Positions 1-10,333 of a stretch of 64,000 nucleotides of DNA are shown here, piece after piece. The notes beneath the pieces are model-generated. The model did no database searches. It saw nothing but the letters and a program-made list of their open reading frames with translations, and had not been told where the DNA came from. Source of the DNA: Candidatus Methanomethylicia archaeon (GTDB lineage: Archaea > Thermoproteota > Methanomethylicia > CALHIW01). The translations under genes were made by a program, and so were the position numbers. The DNA lies in assembly GCA_038845975.1 (NCBI GenBank), contig JAWBQF010000001.1, positions 1 to 64,000 on the forward strand, written 5' to 3'. Every line of letters starts with the position of its first letter. Positions within the stretch are counted from its first letter, which is position 1.

Positions 1-447
1 AGGATTAGAGGCTTATTAATGCCTTAAGGACTTGCTTCAGGAAGAGATCTGCATCCAGTATGCTTCTCCGCCATGAAGCCCTTACTGCTAGAAGCTCTTG
101 GTCTTAACGTCTATTGCAGCCCATAATAGAAATGATGCCCAGCCTCCTCAGCTTCATCTCATCAATAGCTACCATCCCCCTATTGGATTCACATCAATCC
201 TTACGTTTCAATCTTTTGAATCCAACACCATACTGATACATGGCTCACATCAACAACCCGACAGACGTAACAATATCCCTATAGCTAAGCCATGTAGAGA
301 ATACATGCTCTCAACTTCTTTTAAGCGAAACCTTATTACGCCTGAAAATACCTCTATCCCTCAGGGCTTTAAGAAGTCTATCTACAAAAATCACCTCCAA
401 GAGATAGCTTCCTAAAGCCCCCTCAAAAATCTAAAAGTAACAGTATC
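1..447 (-). mobile_element. Degraded IS6-family element (transposase pseudogene), truncated by window start
   Basis: Minus-strand fragments across frames read VAIDEMKL, WAAIDVKTKELLAVRASWRRSILDADLFLKQVL and NKPLI, typical of archaeal IS6 DDE transposases; stops and frameshifts; TIR-like end gatactgttactttt (433-447, reverse). Confidence 0.8.
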
Positions 448-453
448 ATCAGT

Positions 454-1389
454 ATGATAAATAAGTATTTAAATGGTGGGGGTATGTTTGAACATGTGGA
501 TAAATGTATAGATGAAGACTCTGAGCTAGAAGTAATTTCATTAATAGAAAAACTAAGTAAAAAGTTTGAGGAATTAAGGATAAGTAAGAGAAAGCTTAAA
601 GAAAACATACGGAAAGCAGTTAATGAATTAAAGCTTATGAAAGCTTCTTTAAAACAAATAGTTGAAGAAGTTAAGAATCTAAAATTAGAAAGGGATAAAA
701 TCAATGTAGAGGTGCGTAGCTACAAAAATAAAAGAGATGCTATAAGACAGCAACAAAGAAATATTATTCAACAAATTAAAGATTTAAAATATGAAATAGC
801 TACTCTTAAAAGACAAGCTAAAATTCCTGAAGTAAATGTTACTGAGCAGTTGAGAAAGCTTAAATGGATATATGAAACAAGCCCTGTAAATCTGAAAGCT
901 GAAAGGAAAATTGTTAACGAAATTAACCAATTAGAATCTATAGCTGAAATATATAATAGAATTAAAGATCTACAGATAAAGATGATTGAGCTTAAAAAGC
1001 ATTATTTAAATCTTAATGATGAGGCTAATAGAAATCATGAGCTTCTGCTTAAACTTTCCCAGCAATCCCAACATTTACATGAGTCTTTTAAGAATAAATC
1101 TAGAGAAGTTAAAATGTTAAGAGTTAATCTGCAGAGTAAAAACAATGAAGTTAAAAGCTTAATACTTCAATTAAATAAAATCAATGATGAAATCAAGGAT
1201 ACAGTGTCTAAACTACATGAGTTAAAAAATACTCTTACAAGTATCCGTACTCATAAGAATTCAGTTAAGACTGCTAGAATAAAAGAAAAGCTAGCTAGAG
1301 AAATCCTTAATAAGATAAAGCGTGGTGAAAAACTTAGTTTTGATGAATTTAAAATAGCTCTTGAGTTAAAACTACTTAATAGTAACTAA
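454..1389 (+). CDS. Archaeal long coiled-coil protein (COG1340-like); start may be ATG 484
   Basis: K/E/L heptad-rich 311 aa ending in K.KRGEKLSFDEF; ggtggg SD-like motif before 484. Confidence 0.7.
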   Translation: MINKYLNGGGMFEHVDKCIDEDSELEVISLIEKLSKKFEELRISKRKLKENIRKAVNELKLMKASLKQIVEEVKNLKLERDKINVEVRSYKNKRDAIRQQQRNIIQQIKDLKYEIATLKRQAKIPEVNVTEQLRKLKWIYETSPVNLKAERKIVNEINQLESIAEIYNRIKDLQIKMIELKKHYLNLNDEANRNHELLLKLSQQSQHLHESFKNKSREVKMLRVNLQSKNNEVKSLILQLNKINDEIKDTVSKLHELKNTLTSIRTHKNSVKTARIKEKLAREILNKIKRGEKLSFDEFKIALELKLLNSN

Positions 1390-1463
1390 ATTTTCTTAAA
1401 CTTATTGATTGTTATAAATAGGTTTATAAATATTCTTGATTTATAATATAAAGGGAATTAGGA

Positions 1464-2561
1464 TTGGAGGAGAAGAAAAGAATTTTAATTCTCTGTATTG
1501 ATAGAGATAACGATGTAGGGTCGAAGATAAATGTTGAGACGCCAATAATTGGATATGAGGAAAACCTTAAGGCTGCATGTGAATTTGCATTAGCATCTCC
1601 TGAAGACTCTGATGTTAATGCTATGTTTTCAATGTTAAGATTAAAAGGCTTGGTTGAGCGGGAATATCCCAATTCAATTATTGAAGTGGCAACAGTTACT
1701 GGTCACCCATCAAGTGGTATTAAGGCTGATAGTAAGATTTCAAGAGAGATAGATATAGTTATCAATAAATTCAAACCTGATGGTGTTATTGTTGTTTCAG
1801 ATGGAGTTGATGATGAGCTTGTTATACCTATAATTCAGAGAAAAACTTCTATAATATCAATTCATAGAACAATTGTTCAACAATCACCAAGAATAGAGGC
1901 AACATATATTTTATTTGGAAGATATCTTAGAAAAATTGTTGAGGAACCGCGTCTGTCAAGAGTATTCATAGGTCTTCCAGGAACCTTAATTCTAATATTT
2001 GCAATACTTTCGCTACTAAAAATGGAAAGTATTGGGTGGATTATATTTGGGGTTATTGTAGGATTGTTTATGGTGATTAAAGGCTTATCTATTGATAAGC
2101 TTCTAACCTCTTGGTTTTCCTCTTCACCAATTATGTTTATAGCATCAATAACTGCTATAATTTCATACATGATAGGCATATACATCGGTATTCAATCAGT
2201 AATCGATTCTACTAAGGGAATAGATGTTGGAAAAATCATTGGGAATCTTTCTCTTTATTCCTCCTTATTCATTGAAAGAATAAGTGGACCAGTAATACTT
2301 GGAACAGGAATAGTACTTGCTGCTAAAGCTGTTATAAAATATGTTGAACGTAATCCTAAATTATGGCATAACATTGTTGAAATAGTCTTTTTAATTATGA
2401 TGTATCCCACACTTCTCGAAATATCAAGAATTCTTATTTACCCTGGAGTTTCTGAAATTTTATTATATTGGCTCTCAATAACAGCAGCTGTATGCTTTTC
2501 ACTAATTGTAATATTTTCCCTATCTGAAAGAGTTGTATTTAGACGGAAATTTCATAGTTAA
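1464..2561 (+). CDS. DUF373 family membrane protein
   Basis: LILCIDRDNDVG, PEDSDVN and VSDGVDDE motifs followed by several TM helices. Confidence 0.85.
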   Translation: MEEKKRILILCIDRDNDVGSKINVETPIIGYEENLKAACEFALASPEDSDVNAMFSMLRLKGLVEREYPNSIIEVATVTGHPSSGIKADSKISREIDIVINKFKPDGVIVVSDGVDDELVIPIIQRKTSIISIHRTIVQQSPRIEATYILFGRYLRKIVEEPRLSRVFIGLPGTLILIFAILSLLKMESIGWIIFGVIVGLFMVIKGLSIDKLLTSWFSSSPIMFIASITAIISYMIGIYIGIQSVIDSTKGIDVGKIIGNLSLYSSLFIERISGPVILGTGIVLAAKAVIKYVERNPKLWHNIVEIVFLIMMYPTLLEISRILIYPGVSEILLYWLSITAAVCFSLIVIFSLSERVVFRRKFHS

Positions 2562-2605
2562 AACATAATATATCAAATTAGATATTAGCTATAGTAAAAC
2601 AGTTA

Positions 2606-3406
2606 CTAGGCTCCAAACCTTCTATTACGACGTTGATAACTTCTAATGATTCTCCAGAAATCTATTTTCCTAAAAGATGGCCAATGAACATCTGTAAAAT
2701 AGAGTTCAGAATAGGCAGATTGCCATATTAGAAAGTTGCTTAATCGTTCTTCCCCTGACGTTCTTATAATTAAATCTGGGTCCGGCTCTCCTGCAGTATA
2801 TAAATGCTTTGAAACTTCTTCTTCATTCACATCATCAACCCTTAGCTTTCCATTCAAGATCTCTACAGCTATTTTTTTAATTGCATCAACAATTTCGCTT
2901 CGTCCACCATAACCTATAGCAATGAAAAGCTTTCTCTCATTATATGCCGCTGTTGCTTCCTCAGCTTTTTTGATAGCCTCTCTTAAACTTTCTGGAAGGC
3001 ATTCAATTCTGCCAATAGCTTTAACCCTAACTGAATATTTATGTACCTCTGGATTACTAGGAATTTCCCTAAAAGCTTTCTCAGCAATATTGAAGATATG
3101 TTCTACTTCATTTTTACTTCTCTTAAAATTCTCAGTTGAAAAAACATATAATGTTACAGTTTTAATGCCAAGTTCAAGACACCACCCTAAAACTTCTTTA
3201 GCTTTTTCAAAACCATATCTATGTCCTTCCTCCGGCTCAAATCCTAGAGATGAAGCCCATCTACGATTTCCATCCAGTATGAATCCTATATGTACTGGAA
3301 TAGATTTATCCTTAATTTCTCTATAAAGCTTCCACTCATATACTTTATATACTGGTCTCAAAATTAGATTCTGAATTTTAATTAATCTAGCTTTAATATT
3401 TACCAT
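2606..3406 (-). CDS. uppS: cis-prenyltransferase (undecaprenyl/polyprenyl diphosphate synthase)
   Basis: HIGFILDGNRRWA, FSTENFKR, DPDLIIRTSGEERLSNFL, RRFG C-terminus. Confidence 0.95.
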   Translation of the reverse strand: MVNIKARLIKIQNLILRPVYKVYEWKLYREIKDKSIPVHIGFILDGNRRWASSLGFEPEEGHRYGFEKAKEVLGWCLELGIKTVTLYVFSTENFKRSKNEVEHIFNIAEKAFREIPSNPEVHKYSVRVKAIGRIECLPESLREAIKKAEEATAAYNERKLFIAIGYGGRSEIVDAIKKIAVEILNGKLRVDDVNEEEVSKHLYTAGEPDPDLIIRTSGEERLSNFLIWQSAYSELYFTDVHWPSFRKIDFWRIIRSYQRRNRRFGA

Positions 3407-3477
3407 GTTTTCACAGTAAACTTAATATTATCTCCACTTAAGCTTTAATATCATCCCAACATATTAAATTTATCTTA

Positions 3478-4012
3478 GAGATGATTTTAAAATATTTAAG
3501 CTTTTCATAGCTCATACCTCATGCATATCATTATGTGTGAATGTTATTATTGATTTTATCATTATGTTAATCTTCCATATCTTACTACTGCTTTTCTGAA
3601 TGTTTTTATCCGTGAATTAAACCTTTGTATTGTTGTCCTTATCCTCCTGCATCCCTTATTGTATGATATGTCATTTCTACTATTCCTTGGATTTACAGTA
3701 TATCTGCTTCATCATCTCCTAATCTACTCCTTACCCATTTGTACTGTATGCTGAGCCTCCATGTCTTTTAGATTTATACTCAAAATCATCAACAATTACA
3801 TACTCCTCATATTCTTCCTATATTTGAACCCATCATAACCTGTAATTCCTCTCTTTTAGCCTCTATGGTTATACTATCCATAACAGTGTCACTCACTTAT
3901 TTAGATGAGAAGAGACTTAATATCCCATTTCATACTTAACCTCCTTAATTCTCTATACAGTGCGAAGCTCAACATGATTTCTATTTAAGTTTAATAAGTT
4001 GTTATAATCTAG
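3478..4012 (-). mobile_element. Highly degraded IS5-family transposase remnant
   Basis: Minus-strand fragments MDSITIEAKR, ITGYDGFKYRK and RRIRTTIQRFNSRIKTFRKAVVRYGRL resemble IS5 DDE motifs; boundaries approximate. Confidence 0.6.
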
Positions 4013-4079
4013 GTTACGTCTTCTCCTACTATATGAGAAAGATTAATATATTTGGATATTAATTATAGCTAGATCTAAA

Positions 4080-4463
4080 ATGGGGATCTTTCAAGGTAAT
4101 GATCTAAGGAAGCCTAGTGGTGGGAAAAAAAGATCTTCAAGAACTAAAAAGAAGCGTGAAATAGGAAGTTTACCTGTTGAAACTGTTTTAAGCTCTGAAG
4201 AGAAAAGAGTTAAAACTAGAGTATATGGTGGAGCTTATAAAATTAGGTTGCTAAGAGCTTTATATGCTAATGTAGCTATGGGTAGTATTACTAAAAGAGT
4301 TAAGATATTAAGTGTAAAAGAAAATCCGGCAAAGATAGATTGGTCTCGTAGAGGTGTTATTTCAAAAGGAGCAATAATAAATACTGAGCTTGGACTTGCA
4401 AAGGTTACATCGAGGCCTGGAAGTGATGGCATTATAAATGCTGTTTTAATTGAATCAAAGTAA
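4080..4463 (+). CDS. rps8e: 30S ribosomal protein S8e
   Basis: MGIFQG..LRKPSGGK, KGAIINTELGLAKVTSRPG.DG.INAVL. Confidence 0.97.
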   Translation: MGIFQGNDLRKPSGGKKRSSRTKKKREIGSLPVETVLSSEEKRVKTRVYGGAYKIRLLRALYANVAMGSITKRVKILSVKENPAKIDWSRRGVISKGAIINTELGLAKVTSRPGSDGIINAVLIESK

Positions 4464-4791
4464 ATTTTTGAAGCCAGTACATATGAGGAAAATTATTGTT
4501 TGGCCAGCTTACTTAAATCTGAAAAATTCAAGATCAATGGGACGGAGAGTTCCTAGACATTTAGCTATTGAGAATCCATCAATAGAAGAAATATTTAAAG
4601 CTGCTATCGATTTAAATCTTTCTCCTGAAATTGTTAATAAAGCTTATCCTAAAAATTGGCTTGAAGTTAGGAAAGCTATAGTAATGAACAAGAAGGAATC
4701 TAAACTTAAGACATTAAAAGAAATATGCCTAAAGATAAAACAGTATAGAACACTAAAACATAAACCGTCAAGAAGCAACACACCAGCCTAA
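4450..4791 (+). CDS. srp19: Signal recognition particle 19 kDa protein; start may be ATG 4483
   Basis: IIVWPAYL...SRSMGRRVP..LA.ENP..EEI, KAYPKNW; usual neighbour of rps8e. Confidence 0.9.
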   Translation: MNQSKFLKPVHMRKIIVWPAYLNLKNSRSMGRRVPRHLAIENPSIEEIFKAAIDLNLSPEIVNKAYPKNWLEVRKAIVMNKKESKLKTLKEICLKIKQYRTLKHKPSRSNTPA

Positions 4792-4975
4792 AGTAAATTC
4801 TTACATAAATATTTTCAAAATTCAGAAGTCTAAAGAGGCTTTCTTACTTTAAGTTTCATTATTACCTTCTACATATTTTAAAATATAATATCTTGAGATA
4901 AATAACTATTCTTCGTCGTCTGGCAAGTAGCTAGTAATACAAGCTATTAACTTTATGAAAACTGAATAAATTTCG

Positions 4976-5884
4976 GTGTCTTTATTGACGTCCGTAGTAA
5001 CAAGTTCTTTTAAATGTCCGGAATGTGGTAGTACAAATTTTCATAAGGATTTTGAAAGAGGGGAAGTTACATGTATAAGTTGTGGTATAGTTTTAGCTAG
5101 CAATATTGATCTTAATGATACAACCTGGAAGGTTCTCGCTCGAGAACAAGTTAGAGTCGGGCCATCAATTTCAAATACTTTACATGACTATGGATTAACA
5201 ACAGATATTGATGTTAACAGTATGAATAACTCACCGTTAACTCTTAGAGAAAAATTAAAAATAGTGAGGCTTGCAAGATGGCATAAAAAAGTTTCAATGT
5301 CAAGTTCTCTTGATAGAAATCTTACTCAAGGATTTTCCGAAATTCAGCGTTTAATTAATCAACTTAGTCTTCCAAAAAGCGTTCATGAGCTAGCATGTAA
5401 AATTTATAGAAGTGTTGCAAAAAGGAAACACTTTAAAGGTAGAAGTATAGCTGAAGTTGCTTCCGCCTCTGTATTTATAGCATGTAAAAAACTTGGAATG
5501 CCAAGAATGTTCAACGAAATTATTAAACACTCTAAAGTAGATAGAAGAAAGGTTATTAGAGGCTACCACTTAATAGTTAGCACTCTTAATGAAAAGCCAA
5601 TAGTAAATAGTCCGGAAATATATATTCCAAGAATCATGAAGACTCTAAATTGCTCACCACAAATTGAGGATAAAGTTAGAAGTATTGTTGAGTCGGTAAG
5701 ACCATTATTTAATGGTAAAAATCCCGTAAGTCTCATAGCAGCAGCCGTATATATAAGCTGTATAATAACTGGTCAACGTAAATCACAACATCAAATTGCA
5801 CAAGCAGCTGGTATAACTGAAGTAACACTACGTAAAAGAATGAGAGAAATCTTAAATAGAATCCATGTTGAAGTTAAAATTTAG
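4976..5884 (+). CDS. tfb: Transcription initiation factor IIB, divergent paralog
   Basis: CPECG..CISCG Zn ribbon, TLHDYGLTT, two cyclin repeats, GKNP..AAAVY, SQ..IA..AGITEVTLRKR. Confidence 0.9.
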   Translation: MSLLTSVVTSSFKCPECGSTNFHKDFERGEVTCISCGIVLASNIDLNDTTWKVLAREQVRVGPSISNTLHDYGLTTDIDVNSMNNSPLTLREKLKIVRLARWHKKVSMSSSLDRNLTQGFSEIQRLINQLSLPKSVHELACKIYRSVAKRKHFKGRSIAEVASASVFIACKKLGMPRMFNEIIKHSKVDRRKVIRGYHLIVSTLNEKPIVNSPEIYIPRIMKTLNCSPQIEDKVRSIVESVRPLFNGKNPVSLIAAAVYISCIITGQRKSQHQIAQAAGITEVTLRKRMREILNRIHVEVKI

Positions 5885-5941
5885 TTCTCCTTTTACCCAT
5901 CAGAACTAAAATATTTTTATTTCTAAATCGTTATTACCTAT

Positions 5942-6069
5942 ACTTTACGGATTAATTCTGAAATTCGTAAATCTAAATTACATAAAATACGAGAAATTCT
6001 AATATGGATTTCTATAATCGTAGTATTTAATGGATAAAGTTACAGAAACAAGTATTAAGCTACAGATCT
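5942..6069. mobile_element. ~128-bp MITE with IS6-like ends and 8-bp TSD ttacctat
   Basis: Aligns end to end with 37503-37632; ttacctat at 5934-5941 and 6070-6077. Confidence 0.75.
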
Positions 6070-6365
6070 TTACCTATTATTTACAGATACATTACCTCCA
6101 TATGGTTTCTTTAAGCCTAGATTCTATTTTATTAATATGCATGTTGAATCTGTATGCATTCCTAGGTTTTCATTCAAACTTATTAAAAATCTTTTAAATC
6201 ATAAATATTACTTAAACTTGCCATTAGTGCTATTTTGTCAATAAAATACATGAACCCTAATACTTTTCTATGTTAAATAATCATACTTATTATCTTGCTT
6301 CCTTATCTTTAGAAAAGAATTTAAGTACGAGCTAAATATAGTTAATGGATATGTAGTGATGATTA

Positions 6366-6728
6366 GTGGGTTATATGAATGACATCATTGAAAGAGCATT
6401 GTTAATAATTAAACAATGTGGAAGCAATGGTATATTAAAGAATGAACTTGCAGAAAGACTTAATATAGATTTAAATATTCTAAATGAAGTTGTTAACGAC
6501 TTAATTAAATCAGGGGCCGTAAGAGAAGTTAGAAATCCATCTAGAAATGATGTGAAACTTATAGCTGTTGAAAGAGAAGCGTATGAGGAATTTTTAGAAA
6601 TCATTAAGGAAGTTCCATGTTTTTCATGTCCTAACATATTATCATGTGGTGAAGGTCAGGAAATAACCCCAGTTAAATGCTACATATTAACTAAATGGCT
6701 TGATAATATGGTTAGTAAAGTTCATTGA
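6366..6728 (+). CDS. TFE-beta / RPC34-like transcription factor (winged helix plus Fe-S cluster domain)
   Basis: N-terminal wHTH (GIL..EL...L) and C-terminal PCFSCPNILSCG....PVKC..L..WL four-Cys motif. Confidence 0.8.
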   Translation: MGYMNDIIERALLIIKQCGSNGILKNELAERLNIDLNILNEVVNDLIKSGAVREVRNPSRNDVKLIAVEREAYEEFLEIIKEVPCFSCPNILSCGEGQEITPVKCYILTKWLDNMVSKVH

Positions 6729-7335
6729 GGCGTATTATTTGAAGAAAATATTAGGAGATCCATATTATAAGCTTGCTAGAAATTTAGGTTATCGCTCTAG
6801 AGCTGCATTTAAACTTTTAGAAATAAACAAGAAGTTTAAAATTATTAAGAATGGTTTTTCAGTTCTTGACCTAGGCGCAGCTCCTGGAGGCTGGATTCAA
6901 GTTGTGAGAGAAGCCGTTGGAAGCAAGGGGCTGATTGTAGCTGTAGATTTAAAATATATTAAGCCTCTACCATGGTCTAATGTAGTTACTATACGTGGCA
7001 ATGTTGAAAATGAAGAGCTTATTAAGGCTTTAAAGAATAAGTTTAATGAGAGATTTGATGTAATCCTATCAGACTTATCTCCAAATATTACTGGTATCTG
7101 GGAGATAGATCATGCTAGACAGATATTCCTTACATACTGTGCCTTAAAGATTGCTAATAATCTTCTGAAAAAGAACGGAGCGATGATCGCTAAGGTGTTT
7201 CAAGGAGATCTATTTAATAATCTCTTGATGGAGTTTAAATGCTTATTTAGTTCTGTTGCGATGGTTAAGCCTAAAGCATCAAGAACACGTAGTGCTGAAG
7301 TTTATGTAGTTGCAAGGGGATTTAAAGCCTACTAA
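6700..7335 (+). CDS. rlmE: 23S rRNA 2'-O-methyltransferase RlmE/FtsJ; likely start TTG 6739
   Basis: DPYYKLA..LGYRSRAAFKL, VLDLGAAPGGW, SDLSPN.TG, KP.ASR.RSAEVY. Confidence 0.95.
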   Translation: MIIWLVKFIEAYYLKKILGDPYYKLARNLGYRSRAAFKLLEINKKFKIIKNGFSVLDLGAAPGGWIQVVREAVGSKGLIVAVDLKYIKPLPWSNVVTIRGNVENEELIKALKNKFNERFDVILSDLSPNITGIWEIDHARQIFLTYCALKIANNLLKKNGAMIAKVFQGDLFNNLLMEFKCLFSSVAMVKPKASRTRSAEVYVVARGFKAY

Positions 7336-8509
7336 TAACATCCATTACAACATCAAGAGGAGCATTTGTTTTAAATCCTTTAGGATCTATATGTGTTGGC
7401 CCAGCTTCATATTTTAATTTTTGTAAGCTATATATTATATCTCTAATTTTCGGTGGTTTTTTCTTAATCTTTGAACATAAATGATCAACATTATAAAATG
7501 TTGGCGGAAGTATGCTTTCTTCTAATAGAATATTTAGAAACTTACCTATTTTCTTTTTAGTTTCTAAGTTAAGCTCCTCATTATTACGAATCATATTCGT
7601 GCAAAAATCTCTATTTATAATTGGTCCAATCCATAAAGGTCCTGAGTATATTAATTCTCCACTACAGTAAGGACATTTCTCTTTATGAGCTATTATGTCT
7701 TCAATTACAAGTCTGAAATCGCATTTAAAACAATGCATAATAATTCCCCTCATATTTAATGCTTTATTGGCTTTTAATGCTCCTTTAAAAATTCTAAGGT
7801 GTGTTCTTATGTAATGTTCATAGGCATAGGATATTAAAGGCTCTACTAAAATATTTTGTTGCAATGCTTTAGTACTTATCATATTTATTAGAAGCCTTAA
7901 AGCTAATTCACGGCAATAATAACTTCTTAAAGGTTTCCCTAAATATTTTCTTTCACATGCATCACTCTTAATACCACATAGTGGTATTAAATCTGTTGCT
8001 GTAACACATAGTACTCCTCCGTTTCTTAATGCTTTTAATGCTGGTTCAATAAATTCCACAGGTGAACCAAAGGGATCAATATCTATGATATCGAACCTTA
8101 ATTTTTCACTTGCAAGCTTTAGTAATAGTAGTGAAGCATCTTCATTGTATACTTGAACTATGTCTTCTATATTGTTGAGTTTAACATTGCGTTTTATAAA
8201 TTGGTATGCAATAGAGCTTCTATCATTTAGAATTACGCTCCTAGCTTTACATTCAAGAGCATATCTTATTCCTCTAACTCCAGTTCCTGAAAGCGGTTCA
8301 CATATGTTTAAGTCTCTATTTAGCATTCTACTTATAGTATTTGCAAGAAGTATTGAAAGATCACGATTGAACTTCATGTTTGGATTGTAAAATACAGGCG
8401 TTAAGCTAGGTCTATAAGTTCCTCCACTACCCCTAAAAAGATTTAGTTTCGGAATTATAATTCTTGCTTTTCCCTCATTAATTTCCTCAACTGGAAAGCT
8501 GGTTTCCAT
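7322..8509 (-). CDS. trm1: tRNA (guanine26-N2)-dimethyltransferase
   Basis: VFYNP.M.FNRD, SGTGVRGIRY, DIDPFGSP, TATD, Zn ribbon, GPLWIG, GFKTNAP. Confidence 0.95.
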   Translation of the reverse strand: METSFPVEEINEGKARIIIPKLNLFRGSGGTYRPSLTPVFYNPNMKFNRDLSILLANTISRMLNRDLNICEPLSGTGVRGIRYALECKARSVILNDRSSIAYQFIKRNVKLNNIEDIVQVYNEDASLLLLKLASEKLRFDIIDIDPFGSPVEFIEPALKALRNGGVLCVTATDLIPLCGIKSDACERKYLGKPLRSYYCRELALRLLINMISTKALQQNILVEPLISYAYEHYIRTHLRIFKGALKANKALNMRGIIMHCFKCDFRLVIEDIIAHKEKCPYCSGELIYSGPLWIGPIINRDFCTNMIRNNEELNLETKKKIGKFLNILLEESILPPTFYNVDHLCSKIKKKPPKIRDIIYSLQKLKYEAGPTHIDPKGFKTNAPLDVVMDVISRL

Positions 8510-8512
8510 ATT

Positions 8513-9157
8513 TTAGCCTAGTATTTTTCTAACTGTTTTCCATGATCTTCTAACAATGTCAGGTACTTGACCGTACTCTTTAATCCAGTTTGTAATGAAT
8601 TGAATTGTTTTAGGATCTGTAACATAGCCAGATCCAAATTCTCCATATCTCCCCTTTAATTCATTAATTATCTCATCTCTTCTAACTTTAGCTAAAATCG
8701 ATGCTGCACTACATATAGGATACATAGCGTCTGCATGATGTTTAGATATTATCTCTACATTAATCGTTAATGTCTTCATGATGTTTTCCTTAAATCTTTC
8801 TTCATTAATATCTGATGCATCAACATATACAATATCTGGTTTAAGTCTATTTATTACTTTGCCCATCACTTCCGCTTCAAGATAATTTAATCTTCTATAC
8901 TTCTGGGCTTTTAATACTACTTCATCGATTTCCTTAGGATAAATTTCCTCTATAGTATAATCTAATGCTATGTTCTTAATTTTTTCAGCCATTATTACTC
9001 TCTGTCTTGAAGTAAGTTTCTTCGAATCTTTAACTCCGATTTCAGTTAATTTTCCTAGTTTTTCCTCTTCTATAAGTACGCCAGCTATTATAAGTGGTCC
9101 TATTACTGGTCCTCTACCAGCATCATCTACTCCAGATATTTTTCTCGAGGTCTTCAT
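8513..9157 (-). CDS. rnhB: Ribonuclease HII (start ATG 9157; overlaps the end of the DUF61 gene)
   Basis: GVDDAGRGPVIGPL, VKDSKKL, VYVDA, SAASILAKV.RD, GSGY.TDP. Confidence 0.95.
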   Translation of the reverse strand: MKTSRKISGVDDAGRGPVIGPLIIAGVLIEEEKLGKLTEIGVKDSKKLTSRQRVIMAEKIKNIALDYTIEEIYPKEIDEVVLKAQKYRRLNYLEAEVMGKVINRLKPDIVYVDASDINEERFKENIMKTLTINVEIISKHHADAMYPICSAASILAKVRRDEIINELKGRYGEFGSGYVTDPKTIQFITNWIKEYGQVPDIVRRSWKTVRKILG

Positions 9158-9578
9158 AGTTAGGTGATGTTGAAAAACCAATAATTACTAAGCTACTAAA
9201 CTTTCTTTTTAGCTCGAATATCTGTGGGCAATATAGATATTTTGAGTTACTATCAATATCTAGCATTTTCTTAAAGAACTTTATAGCGTCTTCATTACCG
9301 ATTAACTCATAGACTCCTATTCCTAAATCAATTCTTCTTAAAGCTATTACAGGGAGCTTTACGTCTTCATGTTTTTCCTCAGGTATAAATTTAGCAAGCA
9401 TTGTAAGCTCATCTTTTAGAAATATGATGTCATCTCCTCCTTTAGTTTTTACTGAAGGCGTCTCCTCTTTAAGCAGTTCTTTTAAGGATTTGTATGAAGT
9501 TGGAAGATGATCGTTAATTTTCTTTATTTCAACGTCAATTATTTTCGATATTGTTTCTATTCTAGATGGTTCAAACAT
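9123..9578 (-). CDS. DUF61 (UPF0216) family protein
   Basis: IKKINDHLP...KSLKELLKEE.P.V.TK.G; lies in the nop5-fibrillarin operon. Confidence 0.75.
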   Translation of the reverse strand: MFEPSRIETISKIIDVEIKKINDHLPTSYKSLKELLKEETPSVKTKGGDDIIFLKDELTMLAKFIPEEKHEDVKLPVIALRRIDLGIGVYELIGNEDAIKFFKKMLDIDSNSKYLYCPQIFELKRKFSSLVIIGFSTSPNYEDLEKNIWSR

Positions 9579-10297
9579 TATTTATCATACCTCGCTACAA
9601 CCATCGCATGGTCTTTATCGTAAGGTTCAAGATGTACAGTATTTTCCTTTTCTATTGTAAATCCATGAGATAAGAGGTAATTAATCTCCGTCTTGTATAC
9701 CTTAGACGGTTCCTTCGTCACATCGATGCTTCTAGCCTTAATTGCAAGCATAATCCATCCTTTAGGTTTTAAGTATTGTTCAGCATTGTTTGTTAGCAAT
9801 TCTGCTTGGTTTGGTTGAGCCACATCACAATATATTACATCGACTTCATCTACAACATTGCTATACAGATTAGGATTTCTAGCATCTGCAAATATTGGTA
9901 TCATGTTTCTTCTAAGTTCGCATACTTGTATAAGCTCTCTCATAACTCTTGCAGCAAATTCAACACAGTATACAACACCACTTAATCCAACTATATCAGA
10001 AACATGACTTGATGTTGTGCCTGAAGCAGCACCTAGATATAAGACCTTATATTCTGGCTTTATGGGCATGTAGGAAATACCATTTAATATGCTTGCAGCC
10101 AATTTGCTCCTAAACGGATTCCATATCCTATATTCTACTTCTCTATACTTTTCTAATGCTTCACCATATACTTGTACTCCAGGTGTTAAGTTTATTGTTG
10201 CAAGCTTTTTCGTATTATCTTCATACTCTATCCAGAATATCCTAGGAAACTTTTCATGCTCATATATGTTAACAATTTCAATTCTTCTGGTTGACAT
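9578..10297 (-). CDS. flpA: Fibrillarin-like rRNA/tRNA 2'-O-methyltransferase
   Basis: VYGE, YRIWNPFRSKLAA, VLYLGAASGTT.SHVSD, DVAQP.Q, KARSIDVT, LEPYDKDH. Confidence 0.97.
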   Translation of the reverse strand: MSTRRIEIVNIYEHEKFPRIFWIEYEDNTKKLATINLTPGVQVYGEALEKYREVEYRIWNPFRSKLAASILNGISYMPIKPEYKVLYLGAASGTTSSHVSDIVGLSGVVYCVEFAARVMRELIQVCELRRNMIPIFADARNPNLYSNVVDEVDVIYCDVAQPNQAELLTNNAEQYLKPKGWIMLAIKARSIDVTKEPSKVYKTEINYLLSHGFTIEKENTVHLEPYDKDHAMVVARYDK

Positions 10298-10333
10298 ATT
10301 CTCACGTTAATTATTATCTGTAGTATTTAACTT

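Noticed and set aside
98-415. 105-aa plus-strand ORF
   Set aside because: Antisense to the IS6 transposase relic; no motif or SD
9110-9135. RNase HII motif DDAGRG instead of DEAGRG
   Set aside because: Conservative acidic substitution with other catalytic motifs intact
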